Positions 13,481-26,252 of a stretch of 64,000 bases of DNA are shown here, in pieces. Positions within the stretch are counted from its first letter, which is position 1. Every line of letters starts with the position of its first letter. The translations under genes and the position numbers were made by a program. The notes below the pieces were generated by a model, which saw only the letters and a program-made list of their open reading frames with translations, did no database searches and was not told where the DNA came from. The DNA is from Mobula hypostoma (taxonomy: Eukaryota): assembly GCF_963921235.1 (NCBI RefSeq), contig NC_086097.1, forward strand, positions 103,046,001 to 103,110,000, written 5' to 3'.

Positions 13481-14157
13481 AAAGATTTTTTAAGCAATAT
13501 TTTTGAACAGCGAAAGACTTGCTATCTGATTTATTGAGGATGCTCTACAGGTGCTGGTTGGACAGAGTATTCATTAGATTGTCAAAATCAGCCAATAACT
13601 TAATAAGTACATGCCACCATATTCAGATCCATCTTGCAAGTTTTATTGATCTTTACTGCATTAAATGATATTAGTTAAGATAGCATTAATCAAGCTGTGT
13701 TACAGATCTTAAAAATGTGTATTTTGTTTGTGCGGATCAGATCTGGAGTAACAATTATTTCATTCTCCTTTACACCTATGCACTGGAAATGACAAAGCAA
13801 TCCTGAATCTTGATGATATTCTTTAAATCATTTAGTCTTTCTGAGAGTTACTGGGTTTGGAAGAGAGAGAAAATAGAATAAAGCATCAAAAAGGTATTGT
13901 GGGGGTAAAGGAAATTGGATAGTGGTGTATTTCTTGTATATGAGTAACTGTTAATTGGCAGTGATTAAAGACCAAATGCAGCAAATAAACTGCTTGTTGA
14001 GTTTGGTTAACACAAAGGCTGGTCACAAGAGGAGGAGAACCAGCAGCTTTCAGATATTTTTGTATTAATGGTGTTTCGCCAAAAGATAGTTGGCTTGCTC
14101 ATGCATTGGGTGAGATGATTGCAATTATAAATTCAAGATTGTTTATTGTCATTCTTC

Positions 14158-14512
14158 ACATAGAACCATAGAACATTACAGCACAGAAACAGGCCTTTTG
14201 GCCCTTCTTGGCTGTGCTGAACCATTTTTCTGCCTCGTCCCACTGACCTGCACCTGGACCATATCCTTCCATACGCCTCTCATCGAAGTACCTGTCCAAG
14301 TTTCTCTTAAATGTTAAAAGTGAGGCCGCATTTACCACTTCATCTGGCAGCTCATTCCACACTCCCACCACTCTCTGTGTGAAGGAGCACCCCCCCATGT
14401 ACCCTTTAAACTTTTCCCCCTTCACCCTTAACCCATGTCCTCTGGTTTTTTTTCTCCCCTAGCCTCAGTGGAAAAAGCCTGCTTGCATTCACTCTGTCAA
14501 TACCCATCATAA
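14158..14512 (-). mobile_element. CR1 3' end fragment
   Basis: FTQRVVGVWNELPDEVV motif and (TTCTATGG)-type tail. Confidence 0.85.
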
Positions 14513-14694
14513 TAGAACCTTCAACATGAGTGAATTGAATTGACTTTCTTGCTTACATCCTTCATGTACATGAGGAGTAAAAATCTTTGTTATGCCTCCG
14601 TCTAAATGTGCAATGTGCAATTATAGTAATTTATAATAAATATTATGTACAACAGAATAGTCAATATAACATAGAAATACAGTAGCGTCAGCAT

Positions 14695-16686
14695 ATAGTC
14701 AGTATAATAGCAAAGACAAGTGGGAAGCCGGAGGAGTGAGAAACTTTTAAAGAGCAACAGAAGGTAACTAAAAAGGCAATACGCAGAGAAAAAATAACGT
14801 ACGAGGGTAAACTAGCCAAGAATATAAAGGAGGATAGTAAAAGCTTCTTTAGGTACGTGAAAAGGAAAAAAAATAGTTAACACCAAAACTGGGCCCTTGA
14901 AGACAGAAACGGGTGAATTTATTATGGGGAACAAGGAAATGGCAGACGAGTTGAACAGGTACTTTGAATCTGTCTTTACTAGGGAAGACACAAACAATCT
15001 CCCAGATATAATAGTGGCCAAAGGACTTAGGGTAATGGATGAACTGAAGGAAATTTATATTAGGCAGGAAGTGGTGTTGGATAGGCTGTTGGGTCTGAAG
15101 ACTGATAAGTCCCCAGGACCTGATGGTCTGCATCCCAGGGTACTTAAGGAGGTGGCTTTAGAAATCGTGGGTGCATTGGTAATCATTTTCCAATGTTCTA
15201 TAGATTCAGGATCAGTTCCTGTGGATTGGAGGGTGGCTAATGTTGTCCCTTTCTTCAAGAAGGGAGGAAGAGAGAAAACAGGGAATTATAGACCGGTTAG
15301 CCTGACGTCGGTGGTGGGAAAGATGCTGGAGTCAATTATAAAAGATGAAATTACGACACATCTGGATAGCAGTAACAGGATTGGTCTGAGTCAGCATGGA
15401 TTTACAAAGGGGAAATCATGCTTGACTAATCTTCTGGAATTTTTTGAGGATGTTACTATGAAAATGGACAAGGGAGAGCCAGTGGATGTAGTGTAACTGG
15501 ACTTTCAGAAAGACTTTGATATAGTCCCACATAGGAGATTAGTGGGCAAAATTAGGGCACATGGTATTGAGGGCAGAGTACTGACATGGATTGAAAATTG
15601 GCTGGCTGATAGAAAACAAAGAGTAGTGATTAATGGGTCCCTTTTGGAATGGCAGGTGGTGACCAGTGGGGTACCGCAGGGTTCAGTGCTGGGACTGCAG
15701 CTGTTTACAATATATATCAATGATTTAGATGAGGGAATTAAAAGCAACATTAGCAAATTTGCTGATGACACAAAGCTGGGTGGCAGTGTGAAATGTGAGG
15801 AGGATGTTATGCGAATACAGGGTGACTTGGACAGGCTGGGTGAGTGGGCAGTTGCATGGCAGATGCAGTTTAATGTGGATAAATGTGAGGTTATCCACTT
15901 TGGTGGTAAGAACAAGAAGGCAGATTATTATCTAAATGGAGTCAAATTAGGAAAAGGGGAAGTACAACGAGATCTAGGTGTTCTTGTACATCAGTCACTG
16001 AAAGCAAGCATGCAAGTACAGCAGGCTGTGAAGAGAGCTAATGGCATGCTGGCCTTCATAACAAGGGGAACTGAGTATAAGAGCAAAGAGGTCCTTCTGC
16101 AGCTGTACAGAGCCTTGGTGAGACCACACCTGGAGTACTGTGTGCAGTTTTGGTCTCCAAATTTGAGGAAGGACATTCTTGTTATTGAGGGAGTGCAGCG
16201 TAGGTTCACAAGGTTAATTCCCGGGATGGCGGGACTGTCATATGTCGAAAGATTGGAGCGACTGGGCTTGTATACTCTGGAATTTAGAAGGCTGAGAGGG
16301 GATCTGATTGAAACATATGAGATTGTTAAGGGATTGGACACGCTGGAGGCAGGAAGCATGTTCCTGCTGATGGGTGAGTCCAGAACCAGAGGCCACAGTG
16401 TAAGAATAAGGGGTAGGCCATTTAGAATGGAGTTGAGGAAAACCTTTCACCCAGAGAGTGGTGGATGTATGGAATGCTCTGCACCTGAAGGCTGTGGAGG
16501 CCAAGTCTCTGGATGCTTTCAAGAAAGAGATGGATAGAGCTCTTAAAGATAGCGGAATCAAAGGTTATAAGGATAAGGCAGGAACTGGATACTGATTGTG
16601 GATGATCAGCCATGATCACAGTGAATGGCGGTGCTGGCTCAAAGGGCGGAATGGCCTACTCTTGCACCTATTGTCTATTGTCTATT
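14695..16686 (+). mobile_element. Young 5'-truncated CR1 LINE (ORF2 RT)
   Basis: ORFs 14897..15496 and 15542..16537 ([27 protein letters not shown]) separated by one TAA; (ATTGTCT)n tail. Splits a Rex1-like 3'UTR. Confidence 0.95.
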
Positions 16687-17130
16687 GAATTAATCAATCT
16701 GATAGCCTGGTGGAAGAAGCTGTCTCGGAGCCTGTTGGTCCTGGCTTTTAATGCTGCAGTACTGTTTCCTGGATGGTAGCAGCTGGAACAGTTTGTGGTT
16801 GGGGTGACTCAGGTCTCCAGTGATCCTTCGGGCCCTTTTTACACAACTGTCTTTGTAAATGTCCTGAATATTGGTTAGTTCAGATCTACAGATGCGCTGA
16901 GCAGTCCACACCACTCTCTGCAAGAGTCCTGCGATTGAGAGAAGTACATTTCCCATACCAGACAGTGATGCAGCCAGTCAGGATGCTCTTAATTGTGCCC
17001 CTATAGAAAGTTCTTGGACTTTGGGGGCCCATACCAAACTTGTTCATCTGTCTGACGTGAAAGGGGCGCTGCTGTGCGTTTTTCACCACATAACCGGTAT
17101 GTACAGACGATGTGAGACCATTGGTGATGT
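16687..17130 (-). mobile_element. Rex1-like LINE fragment (tail at about 14530-14694)
   Basis: ORFs 16690..16956 and 16886..17200 are homologous to 5811..6158. Confidence 0.85.
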
Positions 17131-17442
17131 CTATGCCGAGAAGAATGAAATAATTGTTACTCCAGATCCGATGCAGCATGAAGAACACAATAAAAGACAC
17201 TATAAATATAAAAGCAATTCAATAAAACACAATGTACAAGTAGCTGTTATATACATAGACTAATTGTATCTACAGAGTGATGCCAGGTGGGTTAATGGGT
17301 GAAGGTGTTGATAAGCCCGGCGGCCTGGGAGAAGGAATTGGTTTTGAGTGTAGTGATCCTGGCCCGGATGCTGCGCAGCCTCTTCTCTCATGGGAGTGGG
17401 ACAAACAGTACATAAGCAGGGTGAGTGGGATCTTCCATAATA

Positions 17443-17756
17443 CAAGGGCTGATTGGTAGGGCTGATTGGTAAGTTCATGGCCTAAAGTAGAAAGAGTCAA
17501 TTTTAGAAAACCTAGCACATTTATTTTTCAACATAGTCCCCTCCTACATTTACACACTCAGTCCAGCAGTCGTGGAGCATACAGATCCCTTCTTTGTAGA
17601 AGTCGGCATCTTGGATCTCCAGAAGTGGTCCACAGCAGGTGTGAATGATAAGTTCGTGGCCTAAGGTAGAAGGAGATGAGTTATACAGCTCTCGTTACAT
17701 GCACATGCAGTTCAACTCTTTGAGGGATTATGCAGAAAGTTTGAAGTTAATAACTC
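17443..17756 (-). mobile_element. Mariner transposon derivative
   Basis: Minus strand 17604-17521 reads DFYKEGICMLHDCWTECVNVGGDYVEK*, a mariner transposase C-terminus. Preceded by TA; TIR-like sequence occurs twice. Confidence 0.8.
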
Positions 17757-18093
17757 TTCTGTTCTCTCTGCACTCATGACTGTGTGGCTCAGCACTACTC
17801 ACAGTCAGAATCAAGTTTAATATCACTGGCATATGTCATGAAATCTGTTTTGCAGTAGTGGTACAATACTATTTAACCATGGCTGATCCATTTTCTCTCT
17901 CAATCCCAATCTCCTGCCTCTCCCAGAATCCCTTCATTCCTTGACTAATCAAGATTCTATCAAGCTCTGCCTCAAATGACTTGTCCTCCACAGCCACCTG
18001 TGGCACCAAATTCCACAGATTCACCACTCTGGCTAAAGGAATTCCCCCTCATCTCCATTCCAAAAGGATGTCCTTCTACTCCTCTGGTCTTAG

Positions 18094-18791
18094 TGTCAAC
18101 GGTGATCAACCCAGTGTAATGAAACAAGAACCACAGTTGGTTCTTTTCCACCTTTATTAGTAGCAAACTATGAGAGAGAACCTTCCATGTGCACTCAGAG
18201 AGTCAGCCACTCGAAGTCTCTCTGTCGAAACAGAGATACAGGTTCTTTTTATATATCATCCTTATCACAAAAGCCTAGTAACAGTGATAGTCCGATACAA
18301 AGGCCACTTAATCATCGAAAACAGAGGTAGACGTACTTGACAAAGAATACTTAATCACATCAGGCAGAGGTAAACAGAGAACAGAGTATAATTAATTCTC
18401 ACATCCTGCATGTCCTTGTCTGGACACTCAGCATGTTAGCAGGACAGATTGATCCTTTAATATCTCAATACAGAAGAACAGTCAGATCAATGGATATTCC
18501 AGCTACTCAAATAGAGCAGAATTTAATAATTTAGATAAGAGACTCTACTGAAATTAGGAAAGGAATGTGAGGAATGCCCTGCCTTGTCAAAACCAAAAAG
18601 GTGTGAGAAGTCAGGAGACACCCTCTTGTGGGTCTGTGTGAGCTTTTAAACCTTATCTCACCTTAAAGAGCAGCTACTCAGACATTCTGCAGCTATTTTC
18701 AAACCAGAATACACAGGCACAGTTAGTATTCAATCTTAACCCATTATTTACAGGAATCTGAGAATCCCCCAATTCTCTTAAAACTTTATCA
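18094..18791 (-). mobile_element. Solo LTR inserted in a CR1 3' fragment
   Basis: TG...CA termini and TSD TTAG (18090-18093 and 18792-18795). Minus-strand TATATAAAA (about 18250) and AATAAA (about 18155). The CR1 host rejoins across it. Confidence 0.8.
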
Positions 18792-19410
18792 TTAGACTTT
18801 TCCACCATAAGAAACATCCCAAATATGGGAAAGTCTTTAGATACTGTAAACCCAAAGCAACACACACAAAATGCTGGAGGATCTCAGTAGACCAGGCAGC
18901 ATCTATGGAAAAGAGTAAACAATCGACATTTTGGGCAGAGACTCTTAATCAGGGCTCACTCCCTCAAATCCACTCTATCAAGGCCTTTTACCATCCGATT
19001 GGTTTCAATGAGGTCACCCCTCATTCTTCTGAATTCCAGTGAGTAGAGGCCCAGAGCCATCAAACGGTTCTCATATGATAAATCTTTCAATCCCAGAATC
19101 GTTTTCATGAACTTTTGAACCCTCTCCAATGTCAGCACATCCTTAGATAAGGAGCCCACAACTGCTCAATACTCCAAGTGAGGCCCCACCGGTGCTTGAA
19201 ATCAGAATGAAGTTTATTATCACTGGCATGTGTCGTGAAATTTGTTAACTTGGTAGCAGCAGTTCAATGCAATACATAATACAGAAGAAAAAACCAAAAT
19301 ATAATAATAATAAATAAATCAGTTACAGTATACATATATTGAATAGATTAAAAATTGTGCAAAAAACAGAAATAATATATATTTAAAAAGTGAGCTAGTG
19401 TCCAAGGTCC

Positions 19411-20161
19411 CAGTATAAGTTTCTTAAGAAACGTATATCTTTCCCGTCAAGATCTTGAAGCATTTCCAGAAGATCTTGGTGTCTGACAGTGTCAAAAGCT
19501 TTTGTATAGTTGATGAAACATAGGTAGATGTCTTTTTGTACCTGGATGACTCGTTCACAGATCATCCATAGCATGAAAATCGCACTTCTGGTTCCAGTGT
19601 TTTTCACAAAGCCACTTTGTCCTTTACGGATTTTTGGTCTTGTACAGTTTCTTGCTCTCATGATTACTGAGAATAATTTTTGCCATGTGGCTCATCAAGC
19701 TTATTGTACGATGTAACTCACATTCTGTTGCTCCCTCTTTCTTTGGAAGTGTGATGAACATTGATTTTCTTAAATCTATCAGGTATCTCCCCATGATCAT
19801 AGATTTCATTTGCTATTTCTGTTATTTTCTCTTCCTAAATCTTCTAAGATGTTGTCTGGACTAGTTGCTCTGTTATGTTTTGTTATATCGGAGCAAGAGG
19901 CTGAGAGTGAAGGAGTAACGGAATCTCGGAGAGAAGTCTTTTTTTTACACTGCTCGGGGAAAAGAGGCTAGACTGCACAGACGTGTGACATAGAGTGCCA
20001 AAGGTTTAAAAAGGAGAGGAATTTTCAACAGTCTTTAAATCGAAATCCTAGCCAGGTGGCTACACATGGAGGAAATGGAAGTCATCCAAAGAACGAGGGA
20101 TAGATCTATATGGAAAACCATGGTCACCAATGTCTGCATTGGATATGGTACATAGACAGAC
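19411..20161. mobile_element. RTE (BovB-like) LINE insertion with inverted 5' part, nested in a Rex1-like element (about 19200-20640)
   Basis: Minus-strand RT segment (ITLPKKEGATECELHRTISLMSH; CFINYTKAFDTVRH). Plus-strand C-terminus EVIQRTRDRSIWKTMVTNVCIGYGT* with ACAG tail. Flanked by AGTGTCCAA(G/A)GTCC. Confidence 0.75.
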
Positions 20162-20649
20162 AGTGTCCAAAGTCCATTTAGGAATTGGATGGCAGAGGGG
20201 AAGAAGCTGTTCGTGAATCACTAACTGTGTGCCTTCAGGCTTCTGTACCTCCTACCTGATGGTAACGGTGAGAAAAGGGCATGCTGTGGGGGCTGGAGGC
20301 CCTTAATAATGGATGCTCCCTTTCTGAGACACTGCTGCTTGAAGATGTCTTGGGTAATTTGTAGACTAATACCTAAGATGGAGCCGACTAAATTTACAAT
20401 GCTCTGCAGCTTCTTTCAGTCCTGTGCAGTCGCCTGCCCTCTCCCATACCAGACAGTGATGCAATCTGTTAGAATGCTCTCCATGGTACATCTATAGAAG
20501 ATTTTGAGTGTATTTGCTGACATATCAAATCTCTTCAGACTCCTAATGAAGTATAGCTGCTGTCTTGCCTTCTTTATAACTTCATTGATATGTTGGGACC
20601 AGGTTAGATCCTCAGAGATCTTGACACCCAGGAACTTGAAACTTATAAC

Positions 20650-21150
20650 CTCAACATTACATCCTTGCTTTCCTATTCTAGTCCTCTCGAAATGAATGCT
20701 GATATTGCATTTTCCTTTCTCACCACCGATTCAACCTGCAAATTAACCTTCAGGGAATCCTGCACGAGGGCTCCCAAGACCCATTGCACATCAAATTTTT
20801 GAATTTTCTCTCCATTTAGGAAATGGTCTACGCTTTTATTTCTTCTACCAAAGTGCATGACCATACACTTCCCGACATAGTATTCCATCTGCCACTTTGC
20901 TCATTCTCCTAATCTGTCTAAGTCCTTCTGTAGCCTGTCTTTTACCGCATAACTACCTGCCCCTCCACCAATCTTTGTATTGTCTGCAAACTTTGCCCAA
21001 AGCTATCAATTCCGTAAACCAAATCATTGACATATAATGTAAAAAGAAGCGGTCCCAGCACAGACCTCAGCACCACTGGTCATTGGAAGTCAACCAGAAA
21101 AGGCTCTCTCTATTCCCAAATTTTGCCTCCTGCTGATCTGTCAGTGCTCT
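20650..21150 (-). mobile_element. CR1 RT fragment
   Basis: ORF 20673..20888: VGKCMVMHFGRRNK...LKVNLQVESVVRK. Confidence 0.8.
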
Positions 21151-23127
21151 ATCATTTAGAGATAATATAGGAATTGTATAGAGGATGCTGCCTGAATAAG
21201 AGGGCAATGTTGACCGAGCTAGGGTTTTGCTCGTTGAAGAGGAGGATGAGAGGTGACTTGATGAAGGCGCCAACTAAGAGGCAGAGATCGAATGGGCGCC
21301 TTTTTTCCCAGGGCAGAAATGGCTGATGGGGAGGGGGCATAATTTTAAGGTGATTGGAGGAAAGTGTGGGGAGATATCAGAAGTAATTTTTGTTTTAGTA
21401 TATGAAATTTGCCTTTGATATCTTCACCACCCTCCCATCCCCAGTCCTGCCAGAGGTTGTGGTAGAGGGCGATACATTGGGGACATTTAAGAAACTCTTT
21501 AGAAAGGCACTTGGATTATCGAAAAATGGAGGCCTATGTAGGAGGGAAAAGTTTGATTAATCTTAGAGTAGGTTAAAAGGTCAGCTGAACGTCATATGCT
21601 TGGGGGAGGGGCTGTACTGTGTGTTAAGTTCTATCTAATGATATGTGCATATACATCAACTGTGTATATTATAGTTTGATGTCATTTAGAAGAAATGGGG
21701 ATAAAACAACCTCAACCAAAATTGTTTGGTTTCTCATTCTAGTTTTCATGTCTTCTACTGCCTCTCCCCTCACTGAACTATACATTGTCTGGGTCACATT
21801 TAGGCTTAATGTTGTATGTTCTTGACTTTAATTAGTAACATTTCTTCATACAGAATGTAGAGGAGGGACATCCCAAGGCATACAATAGCTCAAGATATCA
21901 CTGTGGCTTAAATGTCATAACACCTATTATATTAAGTAGCATTGAGACTACCTTTGAAATAAATTAATACCTTTTTCCCCTCCGTGGGAGAGAAGACAAA
22001 TTTCTGTAAAACGTTTCGTGGACTGAGCAGCTCCATAGCCTTCCCAGTTAACTATAAAAATGCTGGTCAATTGATAAGATTGGTACATAAACTAGAGATA
22101 TTGAATGAGCTATTGCTTGAGCTATGTTTTAACACTAATCTTGGAATCCAAATATTTTAGATATAATTACTTTGATCCTGCAACATATGATTTAACATTT
22201 GGCTAGGATTAATTAGTTCAATTCAATTTCGTTAGTCAAGTTTGATTACAATCCATTTCTATTTATGGACTATTTTGCATGCAGTAAATTGATTTAAGAC
22301 AGACTAGACAATTATAATACAGTCATAAGAATATAATAAATGGGGGCAGGAATCACCAGTCACTTCCTGAAGCCTTCCTTTCGTGCATTAAAAAAAATCA
22401 AGGCTGATTCAACTTTATTTTCTTGCCATATTTCCACGTCCGTTGTTGTCTGTAAAATCCACAGGACTGAGAATTCCAAAGATTCATCACTAATTGAGTG
22501 AGGAAATTACTACTCATGTCAGTCCAAAACGAACTCCCAGCTCTAGAAACTTCAGCCTGCAGAAAGATTTGTCCTCTTGAGCCCTCTGAAGAATTTTGGA
22601 TGTTTCAATTAAGTCATCTATTCTTTAAACTCTAGATCCCAGTCAATCTCTTTGTAGGACATTTCAGAAATCAGTCTGGTCTCACCATGTCACTGGAGCG
22701 AGACCATTGTAGCAAAGCATCATTGATTCTTGCAATCCAGACTAACAGACCATTTTTCTGTTTAATTTTCTGTTTATTGAAGGTGGGAAGGGACTGATCT
22801 GTATCTTGGGGGTCTGCTGAAGCTTATATTGACAGATTTTTTTTGTGTTCCATGATAAATACGTTAATATCTGTCCTATTTAAATTATTAATTAACAAAA
22901 CATACCATCAGTATATAATTTCAGCATTTTTCCAATCCAGCAGTGTTTGTGTATATATCTACACCCGGACAACATTTATGAGATGCCTCTGGAATATGGT
23001 TCTTGATGGCTGCAATTGATTTTTGCCTGGATGAAGTTCTCGGTTCATGATTTGCGTTAGCAATTGAGATGCATCCTCTCTTGGCTCGTTATTGATGTCA
23101 TCTTGTAAACTTATAGGTGGTAACACA

Positions 23128-23355
23128 TTCATGAGGAAATCTGCAGATGCTGGAATTTCAAGCAACACACATAAAAGTTGCTGGTGAATGCAGCAGGCCA
23201 GGCAGCATCTCTAGGAAGAGGTACAGTCGATGTTTCGAGCCGAGACCCTTCGACCCTTCGTCCTGACGAATGGTTTCGGCCCGAAACGTCGACTGTACCT
23301 CTTCCTAGAGATGCTGCCTGGCCTGCTGCATTCACCAACAACTTTTGTGTGTGTT
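23128..23355. mobile_element. Fold-back Penelope-derived element with hammerhead motif
   Basis: About 95-bp near-perfect inverted arms and 12-bp TSD GGTGGTAACACA (23116-23127 and 23356-23367). CTGACGA...GAAACGTC core at 23263-23290. Confidence 0.88.
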
Positions 23356-24209
23356 GGTGGTAACACAATAATCAGTCTGCACCAATAAGTAGGATCAAAA
23401 CAGCGTTCGGGGTTCTGTGGCTCTGTGCTACTTTACTTTGCTGCTGTTAAGGTTGAATTCATCCTGAATCTGGTGATGGGACTATCAAACTGATGAATAC
23501 TTCCATCTGTTAACCCACCCAACCTCCCTTCACCACCACTGCATACACATCAGCCACTTTATGTACATACAATCAGTCTATGTATATAAGCTAATGTGTC
23601 TATACAGCCACACTCAAAGATTTACTTGTGCATTGTGGTTTATAGGATTGTTTTTACATTTGTATTTATTGTGTTCTTTATGCTTATTGTACTTTTTATA
23701 CTGCATTGGACCCAAAGTGTCAATCATTTTGTTCTTCTTTGCACTTTGTACTGAACAATGCCAATAAACAATCTTGAATTTAGTTACCTGCAGCAACATC
23801 CCTTTAGTTGTCATAGGAAGCTTGCTTTTCCTTCTTTTTGGTGCTCTATCTGATTAGTACGTGAAGCTGAAACAATATTGCAGCTCCGGTAATGTTCTTT
23901 AGTCAACATACATCGGGTTCTGAGCTGAATGTTAGTGAATCCTGGTGTTGGCATCTTTTTCTATGCCAAGAGACCAGTGTATGTGTCTGTCATAGAAACA
24001 AACATAGATGGGTGGAATATAGGTGGCTATTAAAATTTCTCAGGAGCTGGATTTTAACAGCCAGTACTGTTACATCCAGGCTTTCAAACAGAATTTCAGA
24101 GCTGCAGCAACCTGCTATAAATATAAATGTAGAAGAAATGCCCAGCTCACGGGAAACAATGCCACAAATGTGTAAATATGAAACACTGCATTGAAATGCA
24201 AAGGAAGAC

Positions 24210-24460
24210 ATGGTAGCATAGAAGTTAGTGTGATGTTATTAGAGCTCGGGGCATTGGAGTTCGAAGTTCAATTTTGATGTTCTCTGTAAGCAGGTTTGTA
24301 CGTTCCTTCCTGTGTGGATGTGAGTTTCCTCTAAGTACTCCAGTTGTAAACAGTCATTGTAAATTGTCCCATGAATAGGCTAGGACTAAAATCAATGGTT
24401 TGCTGGGTGACCGAGCTTGGTGGGCTGGAATGGTCTATTCCGTACTGTACCTCGAAATTA
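24210..24460 (+). mobile_element. tRNA-derived V-SINE (degenerate)
   Basis: tRNA-like A/B-box head followed by V-domain-like GTGAGTTTCCTCTAAGTACTCCAG. Confidence 0.6.
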
Positions 24461-25944
24461 AAAAAATAGAATAAACAAGACTTGGAGCATAGAAAAGAGT
24501 ACTACATTGTTCCATTGGTGTCTGAGAGAATATGATGAGATTGAAACCATGAAATTTAAATCCAGCTATAGAGGAAATGGACCAAATGTACTACACAGAT
24601 ATTTGCTAATATGGAATTGGGTGTGAAAGGTTCTGACAAAGGTTCAACATACCTGAGAATTTCAGAATGAGACAACGTAAGGGGTAACTGTATGACCAAA
24701 CAACTGAAAGATAAAGCCCAAATAATGCAAAGAAGTAGAAAGCAGATATTTTTGTACGTGAAGAAAAGTATTGTATGTGCCTATAATATGAGCTAATAAT
24801 AATATGGGCTGAAAACCTGATAGGAGTAAAGGTTATCACAACTGCAAGCTCTGCACTCATAAATTAAACAGCTGCAAAATAAGTTTGTCTAAGTGAACTA
24901 GAACTGGAAGTAAATATCCAGAGCTGAGAGTTTAAGTAATTGATGGTACTTTCTCCCAGAATGAAGGCAGAAATGAAAGATTTCAAACAGAAAGGTGATG
25001 CCTACAGGCGTCTGGACACAAGACAACAGAAGGAACCATGTTTGAATGAGGTTCCAGATGGACCTTCGGTAAAGGTCTTAATGCATAGGAATGGACTATT
25101 CAGCCTGATTTGTCTATCCCTATGGCACTCTGCTTGGCACCCCTCAAGCGCCCTTTAAATCTTTTTCTTTGCACCTTGAATCTACAGCATCTGATTGTTA
25201 GACTACCCTACACTGGGAAATGAATTGTGACCTTCCACCCTATCTATCTCTCTTATGATTTTATAAGGTTCCACTTCAGTCTCCTGTCCAGATCCTCCTT
25301 ATTACTCAAGCTGTCCAGTCTTGCCAATATTCTTGTGAATGTTTTTTGTTCCTTCTCTGGCTTAATCACATTCTTCCAATAGTATGGCAACCAGAATTGT
25401 ACATAATACTTGAAGTGCTGCCTGAACAATGTGCAGCTGTAACATGATGTCCCAACTCTTGTTCTCATACCCTAACTAATGAATATGTCATAAGCCTTTT
25501 TCACCTGGCTGTGTATTTGTATTGTTATTTTTCGGGACCAGTGAATCGCTTCATAGCTCAAGATGACAACAAACTGATGGTCAGTTATTTTACCAGTTCC
25601 TGGAAATAAGCCTACCATGATTCAACCACCTCCACAGCTGACATTCACCAGCAAAAAGCAGTTTGTTAGCCGCTGTATTCCAAGTCAAGATGTATTAAGT
25701 AATGGCTGATCATTTGTGTCTTGTCACCAGTAGTTCTTTGTTCCATTCTTTGTGTTCCTGTTACAATGTGACTCAACAGTATGTCTGAGCTACTTGTAAG
25801 CCTGCAATGTGGTTATCCTTCATGGTAACAATGAAGCTGCCAATTCTCATTTGACTAGCTGTTATACCAGCAGGCCTTCAGCAATTATACATTTGGCCAG
25901 TTTTATGTTATAATTTTGTTGTTTTTTTAATTTTATTTTTATTT

Positions 25945-26195
25945 AGAGATGCAACATTCTAACAGCTCCTTCTGGCCCAATCAGCCAACGCTGCCCAATT
26001 ATACTCATATGACCAATTAACATACTAACCTTTATGTCTTTGGAATGTGGAAGGAAACTGGAGCATCAGAGAAAACCCACATAGTCACGGATAAAACATA
26101 CAAACTCCTTGCAAACAGTGGAGGGAATTGAACCTGGTTGCTGGCGCTGTAATAGCATTATGCTAACTGTTATGCTATCGTACCACTCTGTGCCA
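25945..26195 (-). mobile_element. tRNA-derived V-SINE
   Basis: Minus strand has a GGTTCAATTCC B-box and V-domain GTGGGTTTTCTCTGATGCTCCAGTTTCCTTCCACA. Confidence 0.75.
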
Positions 26196-26252
26196 GCCTG
26201 CGCTAACTAGGTTGATGGTTAAACCTAGATATTTTGGAGTATCTTCATTGTT

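Noticed and set aside
23129..23368. Near-identical peptides on both strands (LVNAAGQAASLGRG)
   Set aside because: A consequence of the palindrome, not coding.
25945..26195. tRNA gene
   Set aside because: A tRNA-derived SINE head attached to a V-domain; no full cloverleaf. The same applies at 24210, 42452 and 60345.
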